64,000 nucleotides of DNA from Nitrospirales bacterium (GCA_963422365.1 OY729426.1:416001-480000); one strand, 5' to 3'; counted from the first letter of the stretch, positions 30,284 to 40,517 are shown. Made by a program: numbers and translations. Notes: a model not told the origin generated them from the sequence alone.

Positions 30284-30979
30284 TTAAACGGTATCGGTGG
30301 ACGATGGTTCTTCTTCCGTTCCAGAATAAGAAGAAGGACGAATCGAAGACAATTCGTTGGGATGGAGTAAGGTCAAACAGTCTTCGGCCACCGGATCTTT
30401 ATGAAACAACGCATAGATGGGGAACACCTGAGGAGACTCTTCGCCGTGCGCTGAGGGAAACAAGACCGGCACTTCAATCCATGGCATTAACGTTTGTAGG
30501 CTGGCGAGTCTCAGACGAACGGCCAGCAACATGTCCCGGACCCGGAGATCCCATTCATGTGAATCGAGATCCACGGATTTGGTGATGCTCCGATTCCATA
30601 ACGACTTGGTAATCCCCACGGCCACATTAAAACCGATGCGTTGGGCCTTTTTAGTCACATCCACAAGCAACCCGGCATCGATGGCGTCTTGGCGGGAAGT
30701 CACGTGGCGGGCTGGCATCCTGGACTCACCTATCTGCTCCGATAAGACCTCACGATTCACGGTCTCCGCAACCACCGTTTCGTGGGATTCCACTTCCCTT
30801 GATAAGTCTTGGCTGGCCTCGATTGTGTCACACGCATCCACCGCATACCCTCGGGCTGTCAGCATGCCGTCATACACGGCCCGAGCAGACTGCGACCACG
30901 AGGCATCGAAGGGTCGGCCCCGGTAGGCCGCCTCGGCAGCTTTTTTCTCATCATGGGTTAAGGGACGAGACGGATTCAT
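30284..30979 (-). CDS. Hypothetical protein with a DUF6573-like C-terminal domain
   Basis: 'SRQDAIDAGLLVDVT...GFNVAVGIT' pattern. Start set at ATG 30979. Confidence 0.55.
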   Translation of the reverse strand: MNPSRPLTHDEKKAAEAAYRGRPFDASWSQSARAVYDGMLTARGYAVDACDTIEASQDLSREVESHETVVAETVNREVLSEQIGESRMPARHVTSRQDAIDAGLLVDVTKKAQRIGFNVAVGITKSLWNRSITKSVDLDSHEWDLRVRDMLLAVRLRLASLQTLMPWIEVPVLFPSAHGEESPQVFPIYALFHKDPVAEDCLTLLHPNELSSIRPSSYSGTEEEPSSTDTV

Positions 30980-31057
30980 ACTAAAATTGATAAGGCTCAA
31001 CAGGAAACAAGTCAAGGGAGACGAAAATTTTTACTTGACAGAAACCATAACGATTTG

Positions 31058-32587
31058 TCAATGGCCGAGCGGAAGTTGGGAAACCGCAAGTGCATGCCCC
31101 CTTGTCGTTTGTTGAATGAGAGACGTGACACTCGCATCCATCACGTTGAGTAACGGCCCCGGGTACAACCCAACCCAAAACACAACCACCACCAAGGGAA
31201 TCAGGGTTGCGGTTTCTCGCCAGTTCAGATCGGAAAGCCGTGCGGCAACCGACGTTCGAGGTGGTCCCAATGCGACGCGCTGTAACATCCAGAGCATGTA
31301 CGAGGCAGCCAAGACAATGCCGACCAGGGCCAGCAGCACCTTCACGAAACTTTCGTAGGACGTGCCCACGAGCACCAAGAATTCACCGATAAAGTTACAC
31401 GTGCCTGGCAGGCCGAATGACGCCACCGAGAAGAGACAAAACAGCGCCACAAACCGAGGCATGGTTTTGTGAAGACCGCCATAATCATTAATGGACCGAC
31501 TGTGCGTGCGGTCGTACAATTGCCCGATGGCCAAAAACAAAGCGCCGGTGGTGACACCGTGATTGAACATCTGGAGAATCGCGCCCTGGATGCCCTGACT
31601 GTTGAAGACGAAAATGCCAAGGGTCACGAATCCCATATGGGAAATCGAAGAATACGCCACAAGCTTTTTGAGATCGGACTGCGCCAAGGCCATGTATCCG
31701 CCGTAAATAATGGCTGCGATGGACAACCATAAAATAAACGGGGCAAATTGTGCCGAAGCCTCAGGAAAGACGGGAAGACAAAATCGCAGAAATCCATACC
31801 CACCCATTTTCAACAACACGCCCGCGAGAATAACGCTTCCCGCAGTCGGTGCCTCTGAATGGGCAGCGGGGAGCCACGTATGGAAGGGCAACAGGGGCAT
31901 CTTAACAGCAAAGGCTAGAAAGAAGGCGAGGAAAATCCAAAACTGCGCTTCCGATGAATACGTTTGGCCGGTGAGGGTAAGAATGTCGAAGATGCGTCCA
32001 CCTTCCAAGTACAACCCCAAAATCCCCACCAACAACAACAAGCTTCCCGTCAGACTGTACAGCACAAATTTAATGCCGGCTGCTAGGCGTTGAGGTCCTC
32101 CCCATAAAATAATCATGAAATACATGGGAATCATGGTGATTTCCCACAACATAAAGAAGAGAAAAAGATCCAAGGCGGTAAAGACCACAATCATCGCCCC
32201 TTCCACCAACAGAATCAGCATCATGAATGCTCTGACTCTCGTCGTGATGGAATGCCAAGAGCAGAGGACACAGAGAGGACAGAGCAGCGTGGTCAGCAAG
32301 ACCAGTGGGATACTAATGCCATCCACGCCAACGGCATATTGAATATTGAAGGTGGGCATCCATTGCATGCGTTCCACGAACTGCATGCCTTGGTTTCCGA
32401 AATCAAAACTGGACCAGAGCATGAGGGACAGGCCAAAATTCAAGAGCGTCGACGCGAGGGCGGTTCGACGAATCCATTCACGATCCTGAACGAATGCCAG
32501 AACTGCAATCGCAAGAAACGGAACAGCTATCATCCAACTGAGAAGATGATCAGCAAAAATAAAACTCATGATACTTTCTTCAGGCAA
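31058..32587 (-). CDS. NuoM-like proton-pumping antiporter subunit (part of the Mrp/Dab-like cluster)
   Basis: 'GVDGIS', 'WEITMIPMY', 'KMPLLPFHTWLPAAHSEAPTAGSVILAGVLLKMGGYG' and 'AYSSISHMG'. Confidence 0.9.
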   Translation of the reverse strand: MPEESIMSFIFADHLLSWMIAVPFLAIAVLAFVQDREWIRRTALASTLLNFGLSLMLWSSFDFGNQGMQFVERMQWMPTFNIQYAVGVDGISIPLVLLTTLLCPLCVLCSWHSITTRVRAFMMLILLVEGAMIVVFTALDLFLFFMLWEITMIPMYFMIILWGGPQRLAAGIKFVLYSLTGSLLLLVGILGLYLEGGRIFDILTLTGQTYSSEAQFWIFLAFFLAFAVKMPLLPFHTWLPAAHSEAPTAGSVILAGVLLKMGGYGFLRFCLPVFPEASAQFAPFILWLSIAAIIYGGYMALAQSDLKKLVAYSSISHMGFVTLGIFVFNSQGIQGAILQMFNHGVTTGALFLAIGQLYDRTHSRSINDYGGLHKTMPRFVALFCLFSVASFGLPGTCNFIGEFLVLVGTSYESFVKVLLALVGIVLAASYMLWMLQRVALGPPRTSVAARLSDLNWRETATLIPLVVVVFWVGLYPGPLLNVMDASVTSLIQQTTRGHALAVSQLPLGH

Positions 32588-32612
32588 GACCTCTTGGGGA
32601 GCTTCGTGGCAT

Positions 32613-34622
32613 TCATGACACGAGCCAATAGAAAAGTCCTATGGCCACAACCAGCCAAAGCACCATGACCAAGACATGGTGTTGAAGGATTCGTGGTTCA
32701 ACTTTCTGCAACATATGACCTGTGGCATCAGCCTGATACCCCAATCGTTCGACAGGCTTCTCAGGCACACGGATATCAAAAACCTGCCACAGCCATCGGG
32801 CAAGGGCAACGGATCCTTCGGCAAGACTCATGATCACGCGATCAATTCCTCCAAGATCAATGGTTTTCCATAACCAGCCGGCTAATCGAAGCATAGGTTG
32901 AACCACATACACTTCATAGAGTTCGTCGACATACCACTTGTTGAGAAAAAGCACATACAGCGTTTTTCCCCACTCCGACTGTCCGAATGGGGACCGTCGA
33001 GGATTCCTATGCAGCCAGTAGGCGAATCCCGAACCACTCAATGCCACGACAAGCGGTAACACGATCCACAAAGAGCCCTCAGCCGTTGCAGGCAACTCGG
33101 CAAACAAGGGAACGGGCTGTGGCAGGGCAGGCGCTAAAAATTGAGCAAACCACGTCCAGAAGGCCACCAAAAGGCCAGCCATCACGGCTGCTCCGAATAC
33201 GACCCCGATCAGGTGAGGTGGTGAAAACAACCAAGGGCGAGCGATAAAAGAGCCAGCCTTCCCCTGGATTCCTACGGCAAGACTCTGTTGAAAAAGCGAG
33301 ATGATTCCTCGAAAGAGAGACATGCCCGTACAAAAAACCGTGGTTAAGCCAATCACCCAAAAGGCGACTTTCGCGGAGGCAAAATTCTGGACCGTCCACA
33401 AATATTCATAGGGTCCTGAAAAAATCACAAACGGAGGGATACAGGCTAGCATCAATGCTCCAAAGCACAAGACCCCCGTCGGTCGTAAAGCATGTCGGGA
33501 ATCAGGGTGTGCATGGCCATGGGCTTGGACGGATTGCAGGGCGTTGCCGGTCGATAAGAATAAAAACCCTTTCAAAAAGCCATGGGCCAACAAATGGAAA
33601 ATCGCGACGACGAACGCACCAACGCCACACGTCATGATCATGAATCCGATTTGGCTGATCGTCGAATAGGCCAAAAGCTTTTTAATGTCGGACTGGGTCA
33701 GAGAGACCAGGCCAGCGAACAGTGCGGTGGTCGCCCCAATGATCGCAATCACCGTCATCGCGACGGGAGAAAGCACAAACAACGGGCTCAATCGCACCAA
33801 CAGGAACGGACCGGCGTTTACCATGGTCGCAGCGTGAATCAACGCCGACACCGGAGTCGGGGCTTCCATCGCAACGGGTAGCCACACGTGGAGCGGGACC
33901 TGGGCAGACTTCCCTAAGGCCCCCATAAACAACAAGAGCGTAATGAGTGTCACGGTCTGAACCGGCAGATCGAATCCTGCCCACCCCAGCAGGTTCATGG
34001 TGTGCCCGCTCATGCTCTCGGCCTGAGCGAGAATCTGCTGGATATCGAGGGTCCCAAATGCGGCAAACGTGAGGATGACCCCGAACCCCAGTCCCATGTC
34101 CCCCACCGCATTCACCAAGAATGCTTTGGTTGCCGCTCGGCATGCGGACGGTCGCTCCGCCGAGTGGGAAATCAAGAGATACGAACAGAACCCCATGACT
34201 TCCCAAACAATGTACACGAGAAGCAGGTTGCTACTCATGACCAGCATGATCATGGAAAAGGTAAAGAGCGCAATAATGGCGAAGAAGCGACTATACCGTG
34301 AATCACCGATCATGTAGCGGGAAGCATAGATATGCACGACGCAGCTCACCCCTGTGACCAGCAACAACAGCAACACGGTCAGTTGGTCGATATATAGACC
34401 GAGGTCAACGATGAGATTGCCGGACTGCATAAGTCGATACAAAGGAATAGTAATCGGGCCATTGCTCAAGACTTCGACGAACGCGCCTATCGATAGACCA
34501 AAGGAGAGGCCTAACGCAGGAATAGCGACTTTGTGGCTTTTTTCTCCCAACAAGCGTCCCCCCAACGCGAGAGTCAGAAATGCCGTCAAGGGAAGAAGCG
34601 GGATCAGGACATACGCTGACAT
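32613..34622 (-). CDS. NuoL/DabB(MpsA)-like antiporter subunit with extended C-terminal helix
   Basis: 'KSAQVPLHVWLPVAMEAPTPVSALIHAATMVNAGPFLLVRLSPL', 'AYSTISQIG' and 'HGFLKGFLFL'. Confidence 0.88.
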   Translation of the reverse strand: MSAYVLIPLLPLTAFLTLALGGRLLGEKSHKVAIPALGLSFGLSIGAFVEVLSNGPITIPLYRLMQSGNLIVDLGLYIDQLTVLLLLLVTGVSCVVHIYASRYMIGDSRYSRFFAIIALFTFSMIMLVMSSNLLLVYIVWEVMGFCSYLLISHSAERPSACRAATKAFLVNAVGDMGLGFGVILTFAAFGTLDIQQILAQAESMSGHTMNLLGWAGFDLPVQTVTLITLLLFMGALGKSAQVPLHVWLPVAMEAPTPVSALIHAATMVNAGPFLLVRLSPLFVLSPVAMTVIAIIGATTALFAGLVSLTQSDIKKLLAYSTISQIGFMIMTCGVGAFVVAIFHLLAHGFLKGFLFLSTGNALQSVQAHGHAHPDSRHALRPTGVLCFGALMLACIPPFVIFSGPYEYLWTVQNFASAKVAFWVIGLTTVFCTGMSLFRGIISLFQQSLAVGIQGKAGSFIARPWLFSPPHLIGVVFGAAVMAGLLVAFWTWFAQFLAPALPQPVPLFAELPATAEGSLWIVLPLVVALSGSGFAYWLHRNPRRSPFGQSEWGKTLYVLFLNKWYVDELYEVYVVQPMLRLAGWLWKTIDLGGIDRVIMSLAEGSVALARWLWQVFDIRVPEKPVERLGYQADATGHMLQKVEPRILQHHVLVMVLWLVVAIGLFYWLVS

Positions 34623-34650
34623 AGGCTAGTCCAAAATGAACGATGACACA

Positions 34651-36120
34651 TTACAGCCCCGTGGGCAGAGCAGTCGTGAGCAAAAATCCGACAATCGGAT
34701 CGCTGCACAACCCCAAAATAATAATCGCAGCAGACGCGCCTCCCACACTCACCTTTAACGATAAGGGCACATCGACCGGACTCACCACAGGGGATAATTG
34801 ATTGTCCCGGAAAATACGTTCAAAGAGCTTAATAAAATAGGCCAACGTGAGAAGGGTTGAGACGAGCACGGCCCCGACCGCGAAATAATTCTGAACCTCA
34901 ATAGCGCCAAGGATGATGTACCATTTACCGAAAAATCCACCCGTTGGAGGAAATCCGACCATGGACATCGCCATAATGATGAGCGCACCGGTGATCCATG
35001 GGGCTTGCCCACGCAAACGGTTTAAACCATCGATTGTCCGGACGCCATACTGATAGATGATGGCACCAGCCAAGAAAAACAGGGCCGCTTGCATGACCGC
35101 ATCATTGATCAAATAAAACACGCCTCCTGCAAAACCGGTCGGACTTCCCAGGCCCACCCCGATGAGAATCAACCCAATATGAGAAATCCCGCCATAGGCG
35201 AACATTCGTTTGATTTCATGTTGAGCCAACGCGAGAAATGCCCCGATGACTGCTGCGATGGCCCCCAACTCTTCCAGGAGGACCAGGATAGAAATATGCT
35301 CAATTTCCGCCTGAGGCCCGACCACCCAAAACATGATTCGGACCCAGACGACTAACGCCGCTTTGGTGACCAAAGAAGCGAGGAAAGGTGAAATGGCCTC
35401 CGGTGCATGGGTATAGGCATCAGGCAACCATCCGTGAAGGGGCATGAGGGCCATCTTAATCCCAAGACCGAGAAACATGAAAATCAACCCTCCGACAATG
35501 GCTTTGGAAGTTAATAATTCAGGCACTCGTTGGGCCAAGTCGGCCATGTTCAGCGTTCCAGTCGCTGCATAAAAATATCCAACACCCAATAAATACAAGG
35601 AAGCCCCGAGTGCTCCCAAAATCAGATAACGAAAGGCCGAGATGAGAGCCTTACCACCTGCAACGCCTACCAGGGCATACCCTGATAACGCGGCAACTTC
35701 CAGGAACACGAACACGTTAAATAAATCCGCTGCAAAGATAATGCCCGTGATTGCCGAAAGCAGCAAAAGGATCAACGTATAGTACGGGACGACTCTCCGA
35801 CCCAGCGATTGGGGTGAGAGCGGTCCCTCGTTGATAAGGCAAAGCAATGCCAACAGGCTGAAGGTCACCATGACAACACTTGCCAACCCATCATCGACCC
35901 ATTCAATGCCAATCGGGGCTGCCCACCCGCTAAAGGCGTAGCGAATCTCTCCATCATTCAGGACGACCACGAGATTGGCAAGGGCAAGCGGACTCATGGC
36001 GGAAACGGCCACGAACGCCATGGGGCGACACCACTCACGATGTTTCAATCCGACAATGGGCAAAGAGAGCGCCGTCAAGAAGGGGAGCAGGAAGAGAAGT
36101 GCCGGCAAGTGATGATTCAT
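34651..36120 (-). CDS. mrpD: MrpD-like multisubunit cation/H+ antiporter subunit
   Basis: 'GWAAPIGIE', 'DLFNVFVFLE', 'TGTLNMADL', 'KMALMPLHGWLPDAY' and 'PPTGGFFGKW'. Confidence 0.88.
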   Translation of the reverse strand: MNHHLPALLFLLPFLTALSLPIVGLKHREWCRPMAFVAVSAMSPLALANLVVVLNDGEIRYAFSGWAAPIGIEWVDDGLASVVMVTFSLLALLCLINEGPLSPQSLGRRVVPYYTLILLLLSAITGIIFAADLFNVFVFLEVAALSGYALVGVAGGKALISAFRYLILGALGASLYLLGVGYFYAATGTLNMADLAQRVPELLTSKAIVGGLIFMFLGLGIKMALMPLHGWLPDAYTHAPEAISPFLASLVTKAALVVWVRIMFWVVGPQAEIEHISILVLLEELGAIAAVIGAFLALAQHEIKRMFAYGGISHIGLILIGVGLGSPTGFAGGVFYLINDAVMQAALFFLAGAIIYQYGVRTIDGLNRLRGQAPWITGALIIMAMSMVGFPPTGGFFGKWYIILGAIEVQNYFAVGAVLVSTLLTLAYFIKLFERIFRDNQLSPVVSPVDVPLSLKVSVGGASAAIIILGLCSDPIVGFLLTTALPTGL

Positions 36121-36494
36121 TCCAACCTCTTTAAAATTTCATCTTCATCCAAGCTGCCATATTTCCGATAAATTCCTGCAACCAAGGCTAAAGAGACACC
36201 CAAGGTCGCGACCTGGACCACGATCGCCGTGAGCGTCAACACGTGGGGTAATGGATTGGGATAGATGGGAACCTGGGCTGAGTCTGTTTCAGACAAGAGG
36301 ATAGGAACCGTTGCGCCTGTTTTCACGCTTATCGCCACGATAAAGAAAATCACGCTGGTTTGCACGATATACAGACCAATGAGCTTTTTAACAAGGTTAT
36401 GGTGGGTCACCATGATGTAAAATCCCCCAAGAAACAGGATGACGAAGGCGATAAAATTTGGCCTGTGAAGCCACGCCTCAATGAGTTCAAGCAT
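36117..36494 (-). CDS. mrpC: MrpC/MnhC subunit
   Basis: 'NLVKKLIGL' and 'NPLPHVLTLTAIVV'. Confidence 0.9.
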   Translation of the reverse strand: MLELIEAWLHRPNFIAFVILFLGGFYIMVTHHNLVKKLIGLYIVQTSVIFFIVAISVKTGATVPILLSETDSAQVPIYPNPLPHVLTLTAIVVQVATLGVSLALVAGIYRKYGSLDEDEILKRLE

Positions 36495-36936
36495 GGGAGT
36501 CCTCGTCTTCGTCATCGAACGACAGACTAAACACGATAGAGATCGCCGTCACAGCGACATCGACCGCCACACCGATTTGTGTCAGCAGGATCCCCAAATA
36601 ACGGCGTGAAGCGACTTCGAGTCCGGGGGTCTCGATGGCAGCGTAATTCAAAAATTCTCCTCCCCCGATCAGACACAATCCTCCGGCACCGGCAAAAATT
36701 AGTAACCCCAGCCCATCCCCATGCAGCATCTTCCTCGCCACATTGCTGGAAGAAGCGCTGGCCCCAAAAATGAGAATTGAGAAAATCATACTCGTGCCAA
36801 AAACAACCCCACCCACAAATCCTCCACCCGGGCCATACTGTCCAAAGAACAACACATACAGGCCAAAGAGTTGGGCCAAGGGAATCAGGACTCGTCCTAA
36901 CGTGAGAACGATGACGCTATCGTGTGCTTGGATCAT
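36487..36936 (-). CDS. mrpB: MrpB/MnhB-domain subunit
   Basis: 'GQYGPGGGFVGG' and 'GGEFLNY'. Confidence 0.85.
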   Translation of the reverse strand: MIQAHDSVIVLTLGRVLIPLAQLFGLYVLFFGQYGPGGGFVGGVVFGTSMIFSILIFGASASSSNVARKMLHGDGLGLLIFAGAGGLCLIGGGEFLNYAAIETPGLEVASRRYLGILLTQIGVAVDVAVTAISIVFSLSFDDEDEDSHA

Positions 36937-37463
36937 TCCCTGCGCCTCCTGAGCAACAAGGCGCAGGCAAGCCCGGATGTGAAGATCACGACCGTTTCAA
37001 TCAAAGTATCGAGAGAACGATAATCCATGAGCACCGACGTGACGACATTGGGCGTATGGGTGTCCTGCAGACTGTTCTCCAGGTAGACAGGAGCAACGTG
37101 AATGCTCGCGGGAGAAGCAGGATCTCCAAATCGAGGAAGATCACTGGCTGCATACAACAGGAGTAACCCCAGCAGAGGTAAGCCGATCAAAGCGGCCCAG
37201 GGAAGGGACGGACGATGCATACGAATATCCTTTTGAGCCGTTCCAAACAGCGTCAAGAGAAAAAACACCGTGGCCAAGCCGGCGCCCACAACCGCTTCGA
37301 CAAACGCCACATCGACGGCACCAAGCCAGGCCCACACCACCGCTAAAAAGAACCCGTAGGCACCTAAAATAAGCACTGCCGACAGCAAGTCTTTGACCAG
37401 AATGGCCCCGGCCGCTGTCAGAATCAGGAGAATCAGGAGAGGAATTTCAAATGAAAACGTCAC
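36933..37463 (-). CDS. DUF4040 + MrpB N-terminal (MrpA C-terminal-like / MbhD-E-like) subunit
   Basis: 'AVDVAFVEAVVGAG' and 'PNVVTSVLMDYRSLDTLIETVV'. The GTG start overlaps the mrpG stop. Confidence 0.85.
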   Translation of the reverse strand: MTFSFEIPLLILLILTAAGAILVKDLLSAVLILGAYGFFLAVVWAWLGAVDVAFVEAVVGAGLATVFFLLTLFGTAQKDIRMHRPSLPWAALIGLPLLGLLLLYAASDLPRFGDPASPASIHVAPVYLENSLQDTHTPNVVTSVLMDYRSLDTLIETVVIFTSGLACALLLRRRRE

Positions 37464-37759
37464 TGTTGTTCTCGTACCCACGGTTTGAGGCCCGAGCGAA
37501 AAGCCGCTCGAATGGTGGCGTGTGCAATGACAGGATTGATCAGATAGATCAGCGCGAGCACCACCAGAATTTTAAGCAAATTCATGCTGAATCCTTGATA
37601 GACGGCCAACCCTGCCAATATCAGAAACGCCCCCAAGGAATCCGTCAGTGAGAGCGCGTGGGAGCGGGCAAACACATCCGGCAAGCGCACCATGCCAATT
37701 GCCGCAACGACCAGAAAAAACAAACCAACAAGAATGAGCACAATGGCAATCACAGACAT
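37460..37759 (-). CDS. mrpG: MrpG/MnhG subunit
   Basis: 'GMVRLPDVFARSHA..DSLG' and 'NPVIAHA'. Confidence 0.9.
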   Translation of the reverse strand: MSVIAIVLILVGLFFLVVAAIGMVRLPDVFARSHALSLTDSLGAFLILAGLAVYQGFSMNLLKILVVLALIYLINPVIAHATIRAAFRSGLKPWVREQQ

Positions 37760-38026
37760 TTACACATTTCCTCGCTGTTCAAGAAACTTGGCAATGGCCA
37801 AGGCCCCAACCAAATTCAACAGGGCATACCCCGTGGAGATATCCACGAACATGTCGACTCGTTCGTAGACGGTCCCGATCAGCACCAGCAAAATAATGGC
37901 TTTCGTCGAAATCCCATTCAGACCCAACACGCGGTCAAAGACCGTAGGCCCTCGGACCACACGATATAAATACACCAGAATGAGGACAGCGAGCACGATC
38001 AACACGCACAGAAAAAAGAATTTCAT
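37760..38026 (-). CDS. mrpF: MrpF/MnhF subunit
   Basis: 'RVVRGPTVFDRVLG' and 'DISTGYALLN'. Confidence 0.9.
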   Translation of the reverse strand: MKFFFLCVLIVLAVLILVYLYRVVRGPTVFDRVLGLNGISTKAIILLVLIGTVYERVDMFVDISTGYALLNLVGALAIAKFLEQRGNV

Positions 38027-38037
38027 TCTGAACTCGT

Positions 38038-38493
38038 TTATTCCTGGAACACCTGGCCAATTTTTTCTTCAAGGCGTTGTGTGGTCAGATCGTGGCCCGA
38101 TTCATCGTCTATGGCATGGACGATGAGTTCCTGGGCATTGACTTCGGCCGTGATCGTGCCTGGAGTCAGCGTGATGGAATTTCCAAGTAGGACCACGGCT
38201 TCCTGTCGCAGCAACTTCGTTTGATAATGAATGAGCTTCGGCGCAATCGGAAGAGAAGGATGAAGAATGAGCGTAGTCAGATGAAGGCTACTTTGCACAA
38301 TGCGCCCAAATAGCCAAGGCAGATACCCCAGAATTCGCCACACAAGTATTTTTCGAAAAAGAGAATCTGAGTGGCCCGAATTCAACCATGCCACGCCAAA
38401 AGATACTATCAGCCCTAGACCCATATGGAACGGGTTATACTTTACCGATAAAATGAGCCAAATAATAAAAAACGCGACTGTTTTAAGAAACAC
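38038..38493 (-). CDS. mrpE: MrpE/MnhE subunit
   Basis: 'LGNSITLTPGTIT' and 'LIVHAID'. Confidence 0.92.
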   Translation of the reverse strand: MFLKTVAFFIIWLILSVKYNPFHMGLGLIVSFGVAWLNSGHSDSLFRKILVWRILGYLPWLFGRIVQSSLHLTTLILHPSLPIAPKLIHYQTKLLRQEAVVLLGNSITLTPGTITAEVNAQELIVHAIDDESGHDLTTQRLEEKIGQVFQE

Positions 38494-38609
38494 GGCGTTA
38501 GAGAAGAATCTCCATCTCCTTCATTATCAATCGTTCATTGTTTTCGAAAACCGGCATTCTTCTTGAAACCCGGTGCTGTTTTTTCATTGACGCACATGCC
38601 TTCGTTCAC

Positions 38610-38713
38610 AAAAAAAGCCAACCGGATGCCTCGAATGAATCATTCGAAAAGCCTCTGGTTGGCTTGTACTGTGCCTGCCCGTTCACTTGCTAGGCAGTCA
38701 CCCTACCGGCCAA
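38610..38713 (-). ncRNA. Conserved leader RNA, copy A (antiterminator-like hairpin overlapping an intrinsic terminator), upstream of mrpE
   Basis: RNA: UUGGCCG-GUAGGGUGACUG-CCUAGCAAGUGAACGGG-CAGGCACAGUACAAGCCAACC...GGUUGGCUUUUUUU. Matches copies B and C. Confidence 0.8.
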
Positions 38714-38775
38714 GAGTATCGTCAATCGGTTCGCCAAGGATCCTCACCACGATCGCCTCCCGATCCCTGGGAACT

Positions 38776-38804
38776 CTTATACCAATATTGGGCTCATGAC
38801 ACAA
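38776..38804 (-). promoter_or_regulatory. Sigma70-type promoter for the mrp operon: TTGTGT-N17-(TGg)TATAAG
   Basis: -35 at 38799-38804 and extended -10 at 38776-38781, with a 17-bp spacer. Confidence 0.55.
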
Positions 38805-38928
38805 CAGCGTTGCTTGATACGGAAAAAAATTTCAAACAAGGAGGGAGGAGGAACGATCGTTGCTCCGCCTCCAGCGAGTCAAAACAATGACGGAAGCTTT
38901 CCGAAACCGGACTTGCGTTCTGCGTCTG

Positions 38929-40464
38929 TTATTTGCCACTGAGCGATAGAAAGAGCATCGAGCGTCCTCGTCTCAGGAGAACCAGGACCGAATCACTCTC
39001 ATCGAGTCGACCGGTGACGCGATCAAAGTCTTCCACATCCTTAATGGTGATTCGGTTGATTTCCAGGAAGATATCATCCTTTCGTATGCCGGCCCGTGCG
39101 GCACGACTGTCGGGATGAACCTTCAAGACGCGCACCCCCTTCTCATCAGAGGGGGACTCGGAAGCAACCGATTCGACCGTCAACCCCGACAGGACATGAC
39201 GGGCGCCTACCGTCCCCACCTCGCCGCTTCGCCCGGCCAAATGCTTGGGCATCTGTCCAATGACGACGGTGAGGCGCTCGTGGTTGCCTTCACGAAGAAT
39301 CCCCACGTCCACCTTGGTCTCCGGAGGAGTCTCGGCAACATAGGTGCGTAATTTAGTCGAATTTTCGACCGGACGTCCAGCATATTCACGAATGATGTCT
39401 CCCCGTTGAAACCGGCCCCCCTGTGCCGGGCTTCCCTCAATCACGTCGGTGACCAAGGCGCCTTTCGTCTCAGTTGTCTCAAATCGTTTCGCAAGATCAG
39501 GAGACAGGTCTTGGATGGAAACCCCGAGCCATCCTCGTACCACTTTCCCATACGCTTTCAAACTTTGCGCCACACCCTTGGCCATATTGCTCGGGATGGC
39601 AAAACCGATTCCCATATACCCACCGCTTCGGCTGAAGATTGCCGTGTTGATCCCGATGAGTTCCCCTTGCAAATTCACCAGAGCCCCGCCGGAGTTCCCC
39701 GGATTGATGGCCGCATCGGTTTGGATAAAATCCTCGTAATCGACAATGCCGACATTGGCCCGTCCCACGGCACTGATAATGCCCATGGTCACGGTCTGGC
39801 TCAGGCCAAAAGGATTCCCCACTGCCACGACCATTTCTCCAACTTGTAACGTGTTTGAATCACCCCAGGAGAGAAACGGCAAATCCGATGCTGCAATTTT
39901 TAAAATGGCCAGATCGGTTTTGGGATCAGTGCCGATCAATTGTGCGTCAAACTTTCTTTGATCCCCCACCACCACCTGAATTTCATCGCTCTCGGCCACC
40001 ACGTGATGGTTTGTGACAATATATCCGTCAGAATTGACAATGACCCCTGACCCCATGCCCTGTTGTTGGCGTTTGGGCGCCTGTCGGCGTTCTTCTTTGA
40101 ACCTGTCTCCGAAAAATCTCCGAAAGAATGGGTCGTCAAAGAATGGGGAATGGGGAAAAGGAGAACCTGGCGGAGCCGTCGTCTTCACGATGGAAATATT
40201 GACCACCGCAGGCTTGATCTTTTTCGCAATCGCGATGAGATGCTGATTGAAACGGAGAATATCGTCGCTCGTGGAGGGAAGAGAAAAACCGGCTTGTTGA
40301 ATCAGGGGCGTTTGAACGGTATGCTCTTCGGAAGCCTGAATGACCGTGGAGGGCTGGAAGAATGTCGCCCTCGCGCCTAAGACCCCACACACGCAGAGAA
40401 AAATCCCGATCCCCAGAACGACGGGGTTTTTCGTGACATTGATGAGTGACCATCGAACTCGCAT
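38929..40464 (-). CDS. DegP/DegQ (HtrA, Do-family) periplasmic serine protease with 2 PDZ domains
   Basis: 'GSGVIV', 'TNHHVV', 'DLAILK', 'IQTDAAINPGNSGG' and 'RGWLGV'. Confidence 0.95.
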   Translation of the reverse strand: MRVRWSLINVTKNPVVLGIGIFLCVCGVLGARATFFQPSTVIQASEEHTVQTPLIQQAGFSLPSTSDDILRFNQHLIAIAKKIKPAVVNISIVKTTAPPGSPFPHSPFFDDPFFRRFFGDRFKEERRQAPKRQQQGMGSGVIVNSDGYIVTNHHVVAESDEIQVVVGDQRKFDAQLIGTDPKTDLAILKIAASDLPFLSWGDSNTLQVGEMVVAVGNPFGLSQTVTMGIISAVGRANVGIVDYEDFIQTDAAINPGNSGGALVNLQGELIGINTAIFSRSGGYMGIGFAIPSNMAKGVAQSLKAYGKVVRGWLGVSIQDLSPDLAKRFETTETKGALVTDVIEGSPAQGGRFQRGDIIREYAGRPVENSTKLRTYVAETPPETKVDVGILREGNHERLTVVIGQMPKHLAGRSGEVGTVGARHVLSGLTVESVASESPSDEKGVRVLKVHPDSRAARAGIRKDDIFLEINRITIKDVEDFDRVTGRLDESDSVLVLLRRGRSMLFLSLSGK

Positions 40465-40508
40465 CGTACCTTCCTTATCTGAAAATCCTCACAACGACCA
40501 GCAATGAA

Positions 40509-40517
40509 ATTATACCA
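40509..40517 (-). promoter_or_regulatory. Extended -10 promoter element TGgTATAAT upstream of the degP-like gene
   Basis: The minus strand reads ttaTGgTATAATttc about 45 nt before the ATG. Confidence 0.5.

Noticed and set aside
38660..38705. Calling leader copy A a canonical BglG/LicT RAT
   Set aside because: The similarity is partial, copies B and C deviate, and there are no PTS or BglG-family genes in the window. Kept only as an architectural analogy.
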